64,000 nucleotides of DNA from an uncultured Poribacteria bacterium (GTDB taxonomy: Bacteria; Poribacteria; WGA-4E; WGA-3G): contig CATQHZ020000001.1 of assembly GCA_958296135.2 (NCBI GenBank), positions 4,288,001-4,352,000 of the forward strand. The letters are read 5' to 3'. The stretch's first letter is position 1; every line of letters starts with the position of its first letter. The notes under the pieces were generated by a model. That model was not told the origin of the DNA. It searched no databases and saw only the letters and a list, made by a program, of their open reading frames with translations. Positions 11,201 to 20,533 of this stretch are shown piece by piece. A program made the translations under genes and the position numbers.

Positions 11201-11306
11201 TGTTGAGGATGCGCAATATATCGTTCGGTTGCTTGGGCAGGTGATGCGTGTGAGTGTGGATACGGTGCGGTTGGTTGGGGAATTGCCTTCCCTCCTTGTC
11301 CCGTAG
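8217..11306 (+). CDS. Single-chain restriction-modification enzyme (Type IIG/ISP-like N6-adenine MTase with LlaBIII-like C-terminal specificity domain)
   Basis: N-terminal IDG...WEAK nuclease-like motif, GIVYTP, IIDPFVGTGNF, GNPPY, GVVTARDAW, LGRRSALEWVLDQY. Confidence 0.85.
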   Translation: MMLSIKPTHKPITTYYAELGQYTSLGAQHEGAVRVAFQNLLQHYCGQRHLALICEQTRTTPNGNQIRIDGEIVTDFGLVFGHWEAKDLFDELPAEAQQKLTTGYPAKNIIFQTPHRARLYQNGSLVLDLDITEPRNLVQLLESFFAYTEENLADWDAAVDTFQDTIPELGARLEALIQTERQNTPDFREAFANFHQQCRNAINPNLAETEVERMLAQHLLTERIFRTVFDNPDFTNRNIIAQEIEKVIRVLTRHALNRNQFLNSLDGFYAAVENTARTLTDYSQKQAFLNTVYQRFFQGFSVKTADTHGIVYTPQPIVDFMVNSVQHLLKTHFGKSLADTGVHIIDPFVGTGNFIVRLMQEIPGIALDKKYRGELHCNEVMLLPYYIATMNIEHAYFEKMGRYEPFKHICFVDTFDTFGLMDTPHQTGQFAFLTQENTLRVKEQKDTPMFVVIGNPPYNASQTNENDNNKNRPHEAVDARVRATYAAASTAQLKNKLYDPYVKSLRWASDKIGEEGIIAFITNNSFLDAAMFDGMRQCLAEEFDRLHIVDLGGNIRKGQKGDSNVFGIQVGVSINFFVKTKQQRAGIARIRYTDEAAALSKARTFQFLAAHEHIGNVTWRELQPNARQLWLTEGLEPDFDTFLPMGTKKAKAAKGAVEGTLFKTYSLGVVTARDAWAYNFKPAALQENMTRMMAFFNAECGRWEGRADRDVHVKDFVDTDKTKIKWTRSLLSKLRQGKLATFSPEKIRHSLFRPFTKTHLYLDRMMNECVYVMPAIFPTPETEQENRVICVNLTKEKPFTCLMVDCIPQLTMTGGFGSPTQSFPFYIYDEDGTNRRENITDWALAQFRAHYADETITKWDIFHYNYAVLHHPDYRERYQVNLKHDLPHLPFAPEFWGFVNIGRALADLHVNYEALDVLPNVVETPGVPLNWRVAQMKLSKDKTEVRYNESLTLVDIPPAVFDYQLGRRSALEWVLDQYRVKSDPNGSGIVADPNRVEDAQYIVRLLGQVMRVSVDTVRLVGELPSLLVP

Positions 11307-12165
11307 GGCGAGGTCCTGTGCCTCGCCATGCATCGGTCTATTGAACGTCACTTCTTCACCGTAGGGCGAGGGCCCGGCGATCGCGAATCGCCGAGGGTTC
11401 CCCTCGCCATGTATCGGTCTATTGAACGTCACTTCTTCACCGTAGGGCGCGGGCCCGGCGATCGCGAATCGCCGAGGGTTCCCCTCGCCAGGCATCGGGC
11501 CATCAAGAAGCGTTCGCGGGGGACAAGAACACCCCACTTCACCGTAGGGCGAGGTCCTGTGCCTCGCCATGCATCGATCTATCGAACGTCACTTCTTCAC
11601 CGTAGGGCGAGGTCCTGTGCCTCGCCATGTATCGATCTATCGAACGTCCTTCTTCACCGTAGGGCGAGGGCCCGGCGAGTGAACGATCGCGGGGGACAGG
11701 CCCCCGCGCTACGGGACGAGAACGTTCTATGTCTCTCCAACGATCGCGGGGGACAGTGGACATCTCTGCAGCGAGGCGGCAGAGATGACAACGTTTCGGC
11801 GTGACGGCCCCCGCGCTACGGGCACCGGGGGGTTGTCTGATACCGTAGGGCGAGGTCCTGTCCCTCGCCAGGCATCGGGCCATCGAGAAGCGTTCGCGGG
11901 GGACAGGCCCCCGCGCTACGGGACGAGAACGTTCTATGTCTCTCCAACGATCGCGGGGGACAGTGGACATCTCTGCAGCGAGGCGGCAAAGATGACAACG
12001 TTTCGGCGTGACGGCCCCCGCGCTACGGGCACCGGGGGGTTGTCTGATACCGTAGGGCGAGGTCCTGTCCCTCGCCAGGCATCGGGCCATCGAGAAGCGT
12101 TCGCGGCGGACAGGCCACTACGGGACGAAGGACGATCGCGGGGGACAGGCCCCCGCGCTACGGGT
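11301..12165. repeat. Large REP/BIME-like cluster of ccgtagggcgagg..ccctcgcc palindromes, including a 207-bp tandem duplication
   Basis: More than 10 GTAG-footed palindromes in both orientations; unit starting at 11687 repeats at 11894. Confidence 0.9.
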
Positions 12166-12227
12166 TAAGAACGTTACCGTATCACCGGAAGAAAGATTAA
12201 CCCGGTTCCGCCGCCTACGAAAAAAAT

Positions 12228-12256
12228 TTGACAAATCCTCATTTTTGTGGTATACT
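12228..12256 (+). promoter_or_regulatory. Sigma70 promoter of the rpe-dehydrogenase operon
   Basis: TTGACA-17bp-TATACT with extended TG. Confidence 0.7.
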
Positions 12257-12363
12257 AATTAAGCAACTTCAATTTTGTTGAACGAACTCCGTAGGTGCGT
12301 TTGCAAACCGCGCCTATGTGTAGCGAATTGTGGAATTTGTGTTTGTCCTATTGGAGGCCTGTT

Positions 12364-13074
12364 TTGCTATCCGTAGTTGAAAACATTGGCATCGCCCCCT
12401 CGGTAATGTGCGCCGATTTGTGCAATTTGGAAACCGATATCCGGCGATTGGAAACCGCCGGCATCGACTTGCTTCACTTTGACTTGATGGACGCGCACTT
12501 CGTGCCGAACATGCCGATAGGACTTGCACTCCTCGCGCAGTTACGTCCGAAGACAGCTTGCGCGTTTGACATCCATCTCATGGTGGAAGACAACGATTTT
12601 TTTGTGGCGGCAGTCGCGGACATCGGCGTTCAGCAAATCGCTGTTCATGTGGAATCCGCGCGGCATCTGGATAGGACGCTGTCCCTCATTCAGGCGCGCG
12701 GCGTTAAGGCAGGTGCCGCGCTCAACCCGGCGACACCCCTCTCCGCGTTAGACTACGTCGTGGACAGACTCGATTTTGTGTTGGTGATGACGGTGAATCC
12801 CGGATTTGCGGGACAGACATTGGTGCCCGCGACGCTTAAAAAGATTGCGGATTGCCGCGCATTTTTAGCGAAACGCGGACGCGACATCCCGATTGAGGTA
12901 GATGGCAACGTCAGTTTTGAAAATATCCCGAAGATGGTGGCTGCTGGCGCGGATATCCTCGTCGGTGGAACGAGCAGTGTCTTTCATACCGATGGCACGC
13001 GCGCCGAAAATATCCGGCGGCTGCGGGATGCCGTTGGAGACGGCCTCGCGCAACGGAAGCATCTAGGAACGTAG
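12364..13074 (+). CDS. rpe: Ribulose-phosphate 3-epimerase family protein
   Basis: IAPS, HFDLMDAHFVPN, DIHLM, MTVNPGF, VDGNV; TTG start inferred from GGAGG. Confidence 0.88.
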   Translation: MLSVVENIGIAPSVMCADLCNLETDIRRLETAGIDLLHFDLMDAHFVPNMPIGLALLAQLRPKTACAFDIHLMVEDNDFFVAAVADIGVQQIAVHVESARHLDRTLSLIQARGVKAGAALNPATPLSALDYVVDRLDFVLVMTVNPGFAGQTLVPATLKKIADCRAFLAKRGRDIPIEVDGNVSFENIPKMVAAGADILVGGTSSVFHTDGTRAENIRRLRDAVGDGLAQRKHLGT

Positions 13075-13159
13075 CAGTCGCCAACGGCGGCTTCAGCCCT
13101 GGGTAAGTGCAATGGAGATGCCTGAGAACCCTTTATCGAACGCTGAAAGCGCTGAATTG

Positions 13160-14275
13160 ATGGAAGCACTCGTGCTGCACGGCATCGGCGATGTGCGGCA
13201 CCAGCGGATACCGAAGCCGTCCCTCACGGAAGGCACAGTGCGCGTCCGCATCGGGTTTTGCGGTGTGTGCGGCTCCGATATGCCGCGCATCTTCACCAAA
13301 GGCACTTACACCTTTCCGACGGTGTGCGGGCACGAATTCGCGGGCATCGTGGAGGCGTGCGGCGCAGGCGTTGACACTTTCTCGCCCGGCGATGCTGTCG
13401 TCGTCTTTCCGCTGCTCTGGTGTGGGATGTGCCCGGCGTGTGAGCAGGGAAACTATGTGCAGTGCCACGACTACGACTACCTGGGTTCGCGGCGGGATGG
13501 CGCGTTTGCCGAATTTGTCGTCGCGCCGAAAGAAAACCTTATCCGCGTACCGGAAAAGGTCGCGTTGGAAGAAGCAGCGATGACGGAACCCGCGGCTGTC
13601 GCCTTACACGCGCTCCGCCGAGTCGGAACATCGCTCGTCGGTAAAACGGTTGCGATTTTCGGCGCGGGCCCGATCGGACTCATGGCAGCACACTGGGCAC
13701 GGATAATGGGTGCAGCAGACGTGCTTCTCTTTGACATTGTCGCGGCGAAACTAGCACTCGCGAAACGTCTCGGATTTCAGCATGTCTTTCGTAGCGCAGC
13801 CGTAGAAGCGAACGCTAACGAAAACCGGCACGGCTCCGTAGCACGAGGGCCTGTCCCTCGCGGCTGTGCAAAAGACGCGGTAGAAATCGTCAGTGAGCAC
13901 ACGGATGGGCAAGGCGCGCATGTCGCGATTGAAGCCGCCGGCGTGCCGCAAACCTATCGCGATGCCCTCGGCAGTGTGCGTCACGGTGGCAGCGTCGTCT
14001 TGCTCGGCAACCCGATTGCAGACGTAACCTTGCCAGCACCGCTCATCTCGCAATTGATGCGGCGCGAGGTGACGCTCCTCGGCACCTGGAATTCCGATTA
14101 CAGCACCGCCGGTAACGATGATGATTGGCGCGCTGTGCTACAAGCGATGGCATCGGGACAGCTGTCCCTCGCGCCATTGATTACGCACAAAGTGCCGTTG
14201 GCAGATGGCCCAGACATGTTGCACAAAATGAAGGATAAACAGGAATTTTACGCGAAGGTGCTTATGCACCCGTAA
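13160..14275 (+). CDS. Zn-dependent sugar-alcohol (galactitol-1-phosphate-like) dehydrogenase
   Basis: GVCGSD, GHEFAG, CxxCxxC, GAGPIG. Confidence 0.85.
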   Translation: MEALVLHGIGDVRHQRIPKPSLTEGTVRVRIGFCGVCGSDMPRIFTKGTYTFPTVCGHEFAGIVEACGAGVDTFSPGDAVVVFPLLWCGMCPACEQGNYVQCHDYDYLGSRRDGAFAEFVVAPKENLIRVPEKVALEEAAMTEPAAVALHALRRVGTSLVGKTVAIFGAGPIGLMAAHWARIMGAADVLLFDIVAAKLALAKRLGFQHVFRSAAVEANANENRHGSVARGPVPRGCAKDAVEIVSEHTDGQGAHVAIEAAGVPQTYRDALGSVRHGGSVVLLGNPIADVTLPAPLISQLMRREVTLLGTWNSDYSTAGNDDDWRAVLQAMASGQLSLAPLITHKVPLADGPDMLHKMKDKQEFYAKVLMHP

Positions 14276-14338
14276 TACCCGATGAACCTTAGATTGCGAG
14301 GGACAGGCTCTCGCGTTACATGCCAAAGGACGTTTGCA

Positions 14339-15409
14339 ATGATAGCAGCGATACTCGAAAGCCTTGAAAATTTAACCGTCCGAGAGGTGCCGGAACCCGA
14401 GATTGACGATGATTCCGCCTTAATGCGCGTTGAATCTGTCAGCATCTGCGGCTCCGATGTGCGCATCCTCCACCACGGCAACCCGCGCGTCAAACCGCCG
14501 ACGATCATCGGCCACGAAAATGCAGGCGTGATTGTCAAAACCGGCAAAAACGTCACCCGCGTCCGAGAGGGAGCCCGGGTCTCCATCGGTGCCGATGTGC
14601 CGTGTGGGCAGTGCCACTGGTGCCGAAACGGGCTCGGTAACAATTGCGAGATTAACTACGCCATCGGTTACCAAATCCCTGGGGCGTTCGCACAATACAT
14701 GAAACTCCCGCGCCTCGTGTTGGAAGAAGGACCGGTTACGTCATTCAGCAGTGCCCTCAGTTTTGACGAAGCCGCCCTCGCCGAACCGCTCGCCTGTGCC
14801 ATCAACGGTTTGGAGCTCGTGAACATGTCACTCGGCAAAACCGTTGTTATCATCGGGCTCGGCCCCATCGGATGCATGATGATAGATTTGGCGCGAGTGA
14901 TGGGCGCGACGAAGGTTATCGGGGTGCAACGCAGCAAACTGCGCATGGAAATCGCCAAGTTTTACGAAGCGGATACCTACATCGCCTCTGAAGAAGAGGA
15001 CGTAGTGGCACGGTGCCGCGAGGAAACTGATGGCGAAGGCCCGGATGTCGTCGTCACGACATGTGCATCGGTGGCGGCGCATGAGCAAGCCGTTGAGATG
15101 GTAGCGCACCGCGGCTACGTCAACTTGTTTGGCGGCCTGCCGAAAACGATGCGTCCAATGAGCATTTTGTCGAACACTATCCACTACAAGGAGTGTTTTC
15201 TGACCGGTTCACACGGGTGCGTGCCGCGTCACCATGAATTGGCGGTGCGGCTCCTTGAAAAGGGGCTCGTGCGGGTGCAACCGCTCATCACGCACCATTT
15301 CCCGCTCGTGGAAATTGACAAGGCGTTTGAGGCGATGGAATCCCGAAAAGGGATGAAGATTATGATGCATCCGAATGGGGAAACCTCATCCCCGTCGGGC
15401 CGCGCTTAG
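14339..15409 (+). CDS. Zn-dependent alcohol/polyol dehydrogenase
   Basis: ICGSD, GHE, CGQCHWC, GLGPIG. Confidence 0.85.
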   Translation: MIAAILESLENLTVREVPEPEIDDDSALMRVESVSICGSDVRILHHGNPRVKPPTIIGHENAGVIVKTGKNVTRVREGARVSIGADVPCGQCHWCRNGLGNNCEINYAIGYQIPGAFAQYMKLPRLVLEEGPVTSFSSALSFDEAALAEPLACAINGLELVNMSLGKTVVIIGLGPIGCMMIDLARVMGATKVIGVQRSKLRMEIAKFYEADTYIASEEEDVVARCREETDGEGPDVVVTTCASVAAHEQAVEMVAHRGYVNLFGGLPKTMRPMSILSNTIHYKECFLTGSHGCVPRHHELAVRLLEKGLVRVQPLITHHFPLVEIDKAFEAMESRKGMKIMMHPNGETSSPSGRA

Positions 15410-15453
15410 ACAAACGTGCCGCGCGTAGACAAACGTAACGAGGAACCACACGT

Positions 15454-15969
15454 ATGCGTGACTTTTCAGAATATATTCGGGACTTACCCGATTTTCCGGA
15501 TGCGGGTATCCTTTTCAAGGATATTACCCCGCTTTTAGGCAATAAAACCGCTTTCCATGAGGCTGTTGAGGCATTGGCATCGCGGTTTGAATCCAAGGCT
15601 ATTGACGTGGTTGTCGGCATTGATGCACGCGGCTTTATCCTCGCCGCGGCCCTGGCATATCGCTTGCGGACAGCGTTCGTCCCTATCCGGAAGCGTGGGA
15701 AGCTGCCCTACGCAACGTATGAGGCCACCTATGAATTGGAATACGGCATGGACATCCTCACGATTCATCAAGACGCGTTCTCGAAGCAGAGCCGGGTGCT
15801 TATCTGTGACGATGTCCTCGCGACGGGGGGCACACTCGCCGCTTCCGTTGAGCTCGTTGAAAGGCTGGAAGGCGAGCTTGTCGGCATCGCGTTGCTTGCG
15901 GAGTTAACCGAATTGGAAGGCCGAGAAAAAATCGGCGACTACGAGATTTTCTCGCTCATTGAATCTTAG
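15454..15969 (+). CDS. apt: Adenine phosphoribosyltransferase
   Basis: DFP..GILFKDITPLL, RK.GKLP, LEYG, DDVLATGGT. Confidence 0.95.
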   Translation: MRDFSEYIRDLPDFPDAGILFKDITPLLGNKTAFHEAVEALASRFESKAIDVVVGIDARGFILAAALAYRLRTAFVPIRKRGKLPYATYEATYELEYGMDILTIHQDAFSKQSRVLICDDVLATGGTLAASVELVERLEGELVGIALLAELTELEGREKIGDYEIFSLIES

Positions 15970-15998
15970 TTGCTGTTCTCGCCGGAGAAATATCAGAC

Positions 15999-16071
15999 GC
16001 GCCTGTAGCTCAGCGGACAGAGCAGAGGCTTCCTAAGCCTCGTGTCGGGGGTTCGATTCCTCCCAGGCGCG
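15999..16071 (+). tRNA. tRNA-Arg(CCT)
   Basis: Acceptor GCGCCTG/CAGGCGC, TAGCTCAG, anticodon arm GAGGC-TTCCTAA-GCCTC, GGTTCGATTCC; CCA not encoded. Confidence 0.93.
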
Positions 16072-16107
16072 CCTCTCACTGGGTATGATGACGAAACATA
16101 GGAAGAA

Positions 16108-18078
16108 TTGATGTACCGATTCAGTATCTGGAAAATTGTTTTAATCCTCGGGGTCTTGCTGTTTTCAGCCCTATACCTTATTCCTACCCCGGACCGCTTC
16201 TACAACCCGTTATACGGCAATCTTCCGCTTTGGATGCAGGAGAAGCTGCCCCGTTTTGAGGTGAGCGAAGAAGACGAAAGACGCGCGCTGAAGGTGAGCC
16301 TCGCGGACGTTGACTACCCCGAAGGCATCAACTTCCAAGACGCAACACAAGAACTGCAGGATGTCTTCCGCGTCCACCTCCGAAAACTCGGACTTGAAGA
16401 GACAGCCGATTATCAGTTTGATACCACCGAGGCACGCGACTTCTACGTCCTGCTGACTTCGGAGAAGGCACGCCAAAATCCGAGCGCAACCCTGGAAAAT
16501 CTGCAGCTCTACGGAAGCCTCCCGGTAACTCTTCGCCGGCTCATCCCGAATAACCGACTCAAACTCGGACTCGACTTGCGCGGCGGTGTCCATCTCGTGC
16601 TTGAAGTCGACCTGGAAGCCTCAAAAACGGAACTCCTCCGGGAAAACCGTCTATCCATTCCCGATAGACTCAGAACCGAGGACGTTTTATGTCGAGAGGT
16701 GAAACAGGTAGACGCACAGGAGGCACTCAACGTGTTTATCGGTATTCCCTCACGGCTCCGGGCGGATGCAGCGGAAAAGCAGACGTATCTGGAGAAGGCG
16801 CGCGACCTCCTGAACGAACTCGAGTTTTTTGAAGACGTGCAGACTATCGCCGAAACCGAGACGCAGACTACCTATCAGCTGCGCCTCAGCCAGAGCGGCA
16901 TTCAGAAATACAGCGACCAGGCGATTCAGCAGGTGTTGATTGTGCTGCGCAATCGTGTCGATGCATTCGGGGTATCAGAACCTTCCATCCGGCAGGAGGC
17001 GAATAAACCGCGAATCATCGTCGAACTGCCCGGCGCGAAGGACTCCTCAAAGCCGCTTGAAATCGTCAAGGACATGGGACGGTTGGAGTTTAAATTAGTT
17101 GAGAAATCGCCAGCCGGCGGGAATTTGTGGCGCGGCTCTGGCGATACGCCGCCACCCGATACTATCCCCGACAGCACCGAAATCCGCTATCACTATGAAA
17201 CGGGTGACTGGTATGTGCTGCAAAGCCCCGTCCTCCTGAGCGGGGACCGCATCGTCAACGCCGGTCCCTCCACCGGCAGAACGAGTTTTGACATTGTCGT
17301 CTCCATGAGTTTCGATGGCAGCGGCAGAACTACGTTTGCCAAAGTCACAGGCGATAATATCGGCAGACATCTGGCGATTCTGCTTGATGGCAAGGTGCAA
17401 TCCGCACCCGTTATCAATGACCAGATCCTCGGCAACGCGATTATTGAGGGAAACTTCTCTTTTGAGGAAGCAAACTATCTGTCCAACATTCTCAAGGCGG
17501 GGGCGTTCCCGGTAGGTGTCCAGATCGCCGAAGAACGAACGGTAGGACCGACTTTGGGACAGGAGTCCATTGACAATGGCGTTACGGCGGCACTCATCGG
17601 TATGGTAGGTGTTGTCGTCTTTATGCTCGTCTATTATCGGCTTTCCGGGACGATTGCTATCATCGCGCTTGTGTTTAATATGTTGATTATCCTCGGGGCG
17701 TTGGCGGGCTTCGGCGCGGCCTTGACGCTACCCGGCATCGCGGGATTGGTGCTGACTATCGGTATGTCTGTTGACGCGAATGTGCTTATCTTTGAGCGGA
17801 TTCGCGAGGAATTGCGCGCGAGAACTTCCGGCACCGGCGGTGTCTGGCCGGCGATTGAGGGCGGTTATCAACGCGCCTTTATTACTATTTTGGATGCGAA
17901 TCTGACGACGCTTTTCACCGCGCTTGTCCTCTATCAATTCGGGACCGGGCCGATTAAAGGGTTCGCGGTGACGCTCGGTATCGGCATCCTCGCTAGTATG
18001 TTCACGGCGATTATCGTCACGCGGGAAATATACGGCCTGGTCATCGGCAACCGGGACATGAAGAAGCTGAGCATTTAA
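16108..18078 (+). CDS. secD: Protein translocase subunit SecD
   Basis: LGLDLRGG, RVDAFGVSEP, VGPTLG, GMSVDANVLIFERIREE. Confidence 0.97.
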   Translation: MMYRFSIWKIVLILGVLLFSALYLIPTPDRFYNPLYGNLPLWMQEKLPRFEVSEEDERRALKVSLADVDYPEGINFQDATQELQDVFRVHLRKLGLEETADYQFDTTEARDFYVLLTSEKARQNPSATLENLQLYGSLPVTLRRLIPNNRLKLGLDLRGGVHLVLEVDLEASKTELLRENRLSIPDRLRTEDVLCREVKQVDAQEALNVFIGIPSRLRADAAEKQTYLEKARDLLNELEFFEDVQTIAETETQTTYQLRLSQSGIQKYSDQAIQQVLIVLRNRVDAFGVSEPSIRQEANKPRIIVELPGAKDSSKPLEIVKDMGRLEFKLVEKSPAGGNLWRGSGDTPPPDTIPDSTEIRYHYETGDWYVLQSPVLLSGDRIVNAGPSTGRTSFDIVVSMSFDGSGRTTFAKVTGDNIGRHLAILLDGKVQSAPVINDQILGNAIIEGNFSFEEANYLSNILKAGAFPVGVQIAEERTVGPTLGQESIDNGVTAALIGMVGVVVFMLVYYRLSGTIAIIALVFNMLIILGALAGFGAALTLPGIAGLVLTIGMSVDANVLIFERIREELRARTSGTGGVWPAIEGGYQRAFITILDANLTTLFTALVLYQFGTGPIKGFAVTLGIGILASMFTAIIVTREIYGLVIGNRDMKKLSI

Positions 18079-18217
18079 AGGCTGGCGCGGGACAGTGGAC
18101 ATCTCTGCAGCAAGGCTGCAGAGATGATAGCGTTAAAGTAAGGTAGTTTGCTGTAGGCGTGTCCGTGACGGCCCGCGCGCTACGAGCCAAAGGCCGCACG
18201 CGGAAAGGATAAACATT

Positions 18218-19132
18218 TTGGAATTATTAAGAAATACGAAATTCGATTTTATCAACAAACACCGCACTGGATTTATCATCTCCGCGGTGATAATCGTCAT
18301 CGGTTTGGTATTCCTCACCATCAACGGAGGCCCGCATTTCGGCATCGACTTCCGGGGCGGCGTGAAAATCCAAGCCAAATTTAACCGGATGGTCACCGAA
18401 GCAGAGTTGCAAGCGAAGTTGTCCGAATTGGGCTACACGCGCGCCTCGATTCAGTTGGACCCGGCCCAAAACGAAGCCTCTATCTCCATGGGGTATCGGC
18501 CTGAAGCAGGGGGCAGCGTCGGCAGGAGCCTCAACGACGCGCTCTTAGCCGGCGGAGACGGATGGCACGCGATGCCTGAAGGTGTCAGCGTTTCCGAGGT
18601 AGGCCCCAGCGTCGGCCAAGACCTGAAGTGGGCGGCACTCTGGTCTGTCCTCTGGTCCATCGTGATTTTACTCGTCTATATTTCGTGGCGATTTGAGTTC
18701 CGTTTCGCCATCGGCGCGATTGCTGCACTCGTCCACGATGTGCTGATTACGCTCGGCATCTTCGCCGTGCTGGCAAAGGAGATTAACCTCCCCACCGTGG
18801 CGGCGTTCCTAACGATTATCGGGTATTCGCTCAACGATACCATCGTCGTGTTCGACCGGATTCGAGAAAATACGCAGACACTGCGCGGCACGGACTACCT
18901 TGAGGTGCTGAACCGCAGCATCAACCAATCGCTGAGCCGCACCGTGATTACCTCGTTGACGACGCTGTTCGTCGTGTTAGTCATCTTCTTCCTCTCTAGC
19001 GCGGGCGCGGAAATTAATACGTTTGCGTTGGCACTCATCGTCGGCGTGGTGGTGGGGACGTATTCGTCTGTCTTCATCGCGAGCCCGATTCTGTATATCT
19101 GGCATCAGCGTCAGCGAGAAGCGGAGGTTTAG
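18218..19132 (+). CDS. secF: Protein translocase subunit SecF
   Basis: GIDFRGG, VGPSVG, GYSLNDTIVVFDRIRE, GTYSS. Confidence 0.97.
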   Translation: MELLRNTKFDFINKHRTGFIISAVIIVIGLVFLTINGGPHFGIDFRGGVKIQAKFNRMVTEAELQAKLSELGYTRASIQLDPAQNEASISMGYRPEAGGSVGRSLNDALLAGGDGWHAMPEGVSVSEVGPSVGQDLKWAALWSVLWSIVILLVYISWRFEFRFAIGAIAALVHDVLITLGIFAVLAKEINLPTVAAFLTIIGYSLNDTIVVFDRIRENTQTLRGTDYLEVLNRSINQSLSRTVITSLTTLFVVLVIFFLSSAGAEINTFALALIVGVVVGTYSSVFIASPILYIWHQRQREAEV

Positions 19133-19135
19133 GTT

Positions 19136-19738
19136 ATGAAGATTTTGGTGATTAGCCCTTGCTCAGGGGCGCAAAAAATTGCCGCCGCGCCAGCGGCTGA
19201 ATTGTATATTGGGACCGAACACCGGTCGGTGATGCAAGGCGTAAAAGCGGTCCGGCAGAATTATGGAGAGGAAGCCATTGATTTACGGCTTCTTTCAACA
19301 AAACATGGGCTGCTTGAAGAAACCGATGTTATTGACCCATACGATGTTCCTGTCATAGATAGTTCTATTTCTTGCGGACTTCGCGAAGAGATAGTGAGTT
19401 TAACGGCAGATTACGACCTTGTTTTCTTCCTATTAGGATGGAAACACTATAGGAAACTACGACTTGATTGGCACATCAGAGGAGGTTCTGAGGAAAGCGT
19501 CACTCGGATTTTCTTAGTCGCTGGAGCTGCCCGACGTTACACTCCTGATGTCCTCGGTCGTGTGGTCATGGATCGTCCTGAAATTAAGGAATTCAGTGGG
19601 TCACGCTTCTTCAAGGGACGAGTGTTCCAAAATTTGTGCAAGACGGTCTGTCGAAAAGGGTTCAGCGTCTTTGAGGATGTCAAACGAAACCCAAAGCAGA
19701 TAATTGCGCTTGCTCGCGAGTCATTAACGGAAGCATAG
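19136..19738 (+). CDS. DUF6884/YaaA-like hypothetical protein (paralog 1)
   Basis: ISPCS..K...PAAELYIG...LSTKHGLL...IDPYD pattern; paralog of the next gene. Confidence 0.6.
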   Translation: MKILVISPCSGAQKIAAAPAAELYIGTEHRSVMQGVKAVRQNYGEEAIDLRLLSTKHGLLEETDVIDPYDVPVIDSSISCGLREEIVSLTADYDLVFFLLGWKHYRKLRLDWHIRGGSEESVTRIFLVAGAARRYTPDVLGRVVMDRPEIKEFSGSRFFKGRVFQNLCKTVCRKGFSVFEDVKRNPKQIIALARESLTEA

Positions 19739-19742
19739 TCCC

Positions 19743-20396
19743 GTGAAAACCTTGGTAATCAGTTCCTGCACGAGCAAGAAACTGAATCACAACGCTCCCG
19801 CCGCCGAGATGTATACCGGCCAACAACATACGCTGTTGATGGAAGGGGTAAACCAAGTCCGAACGCGCTACGGGCAATCAGCCCTCGATCTGGCTATCAT
19901 TTCGGCGGAGTATGGCCTGCTCAACGAACGCGACGTAATCTCGCCTTACAACGTCACCTTTCAAGGGATGAAGAAGGCGGAAATTTTGGAGAAGAGTCGT
20001 CGTCTGCAACTTCATGAACGGGTGACGGAGTTAATCGCGCGGTATGATACGGTTTTCTTTCTGTTAGGGAAAGAATATGTTCAGGCACTTCAACTCCCCT
20101 TGGGGGAATCGGGACCGGGAGAACCCGCCTACCGCCGGGGAGGAGTCCCGGAGTCTGTTACCCAGATTTTCCTGCTCGGCGCGAGTTATCGCAGGCTCAT
20201 TCCTGATGCGCCGAATGTCCATTTCGTTCCTGCAGGGAGTGCGTTGTCGCAGACACTTGGAGTCATGGGAGTTGCGTTGAAAGGGTTCGTGTTCAAAAAG
20301 ATGTGCGAGGCTGTCTGTCGTGAAGGGCTCAATCTCTTTGAAGACATCAGACGAAATCCACAGATGGTCCGCGACATTGCCATGGAGAGCCAATAA
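19743..20396 (+). CDS. DUF6884/YaaA-like hypothetical protein (paralog 2)
   Basis: ISSCTSKK...PAAEMYTG...ISAEYGLL...ISPYNVT. Confidence 0.62.
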   Translation: MKTLVISSCTSKKLNHNAPAAEMYTGQQHTLLMEGVNQVRTRYGQSALDLAIISAEYGLLNERDVISPYNVTFQGMKKAEILEKSRRLQLHERVTELIARYDTVFFLLGKEYVQALQLPLGESGPGEPAYRRGGVPESVTQIFLLGASYRRLIPDAPNVHFVPAGSALSQTLGVMGVALKGFVFKKMCEAVCREGLNLFEDIRRNPQMVRDIAMESQ

Positions 20397-20533
20397 TACT
20401 AAATGAATCAAAGTAGTTTGGGCTCGCCTGAGCTGAAACAGGACAAGAGCCAGCGAACTCATCTCCACCTAACGGGATGCTGTTACGTCTCGGCCCGGCG
20501 AGCCCTACGGTAAATTAACGGTGTAATTCAAAG

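Noticed and set aside
11301-12165. CRISPR array
   Set aside because: Inter-repeat sequences are themselves repeated, orientations alternate and no cas genes are present; it fits a REP/BIME cluster
11073-12168. ORFs of 127-183 aa over the repeat cluster
   Set aside because: They are translations of REP repeats (ARGPVPR, RTSPYG) on both strands
15999-16071. tRNA as integration site of an island
   Set aside because: No integrase nearby and no duplicated tRNA 3' end seen in the window
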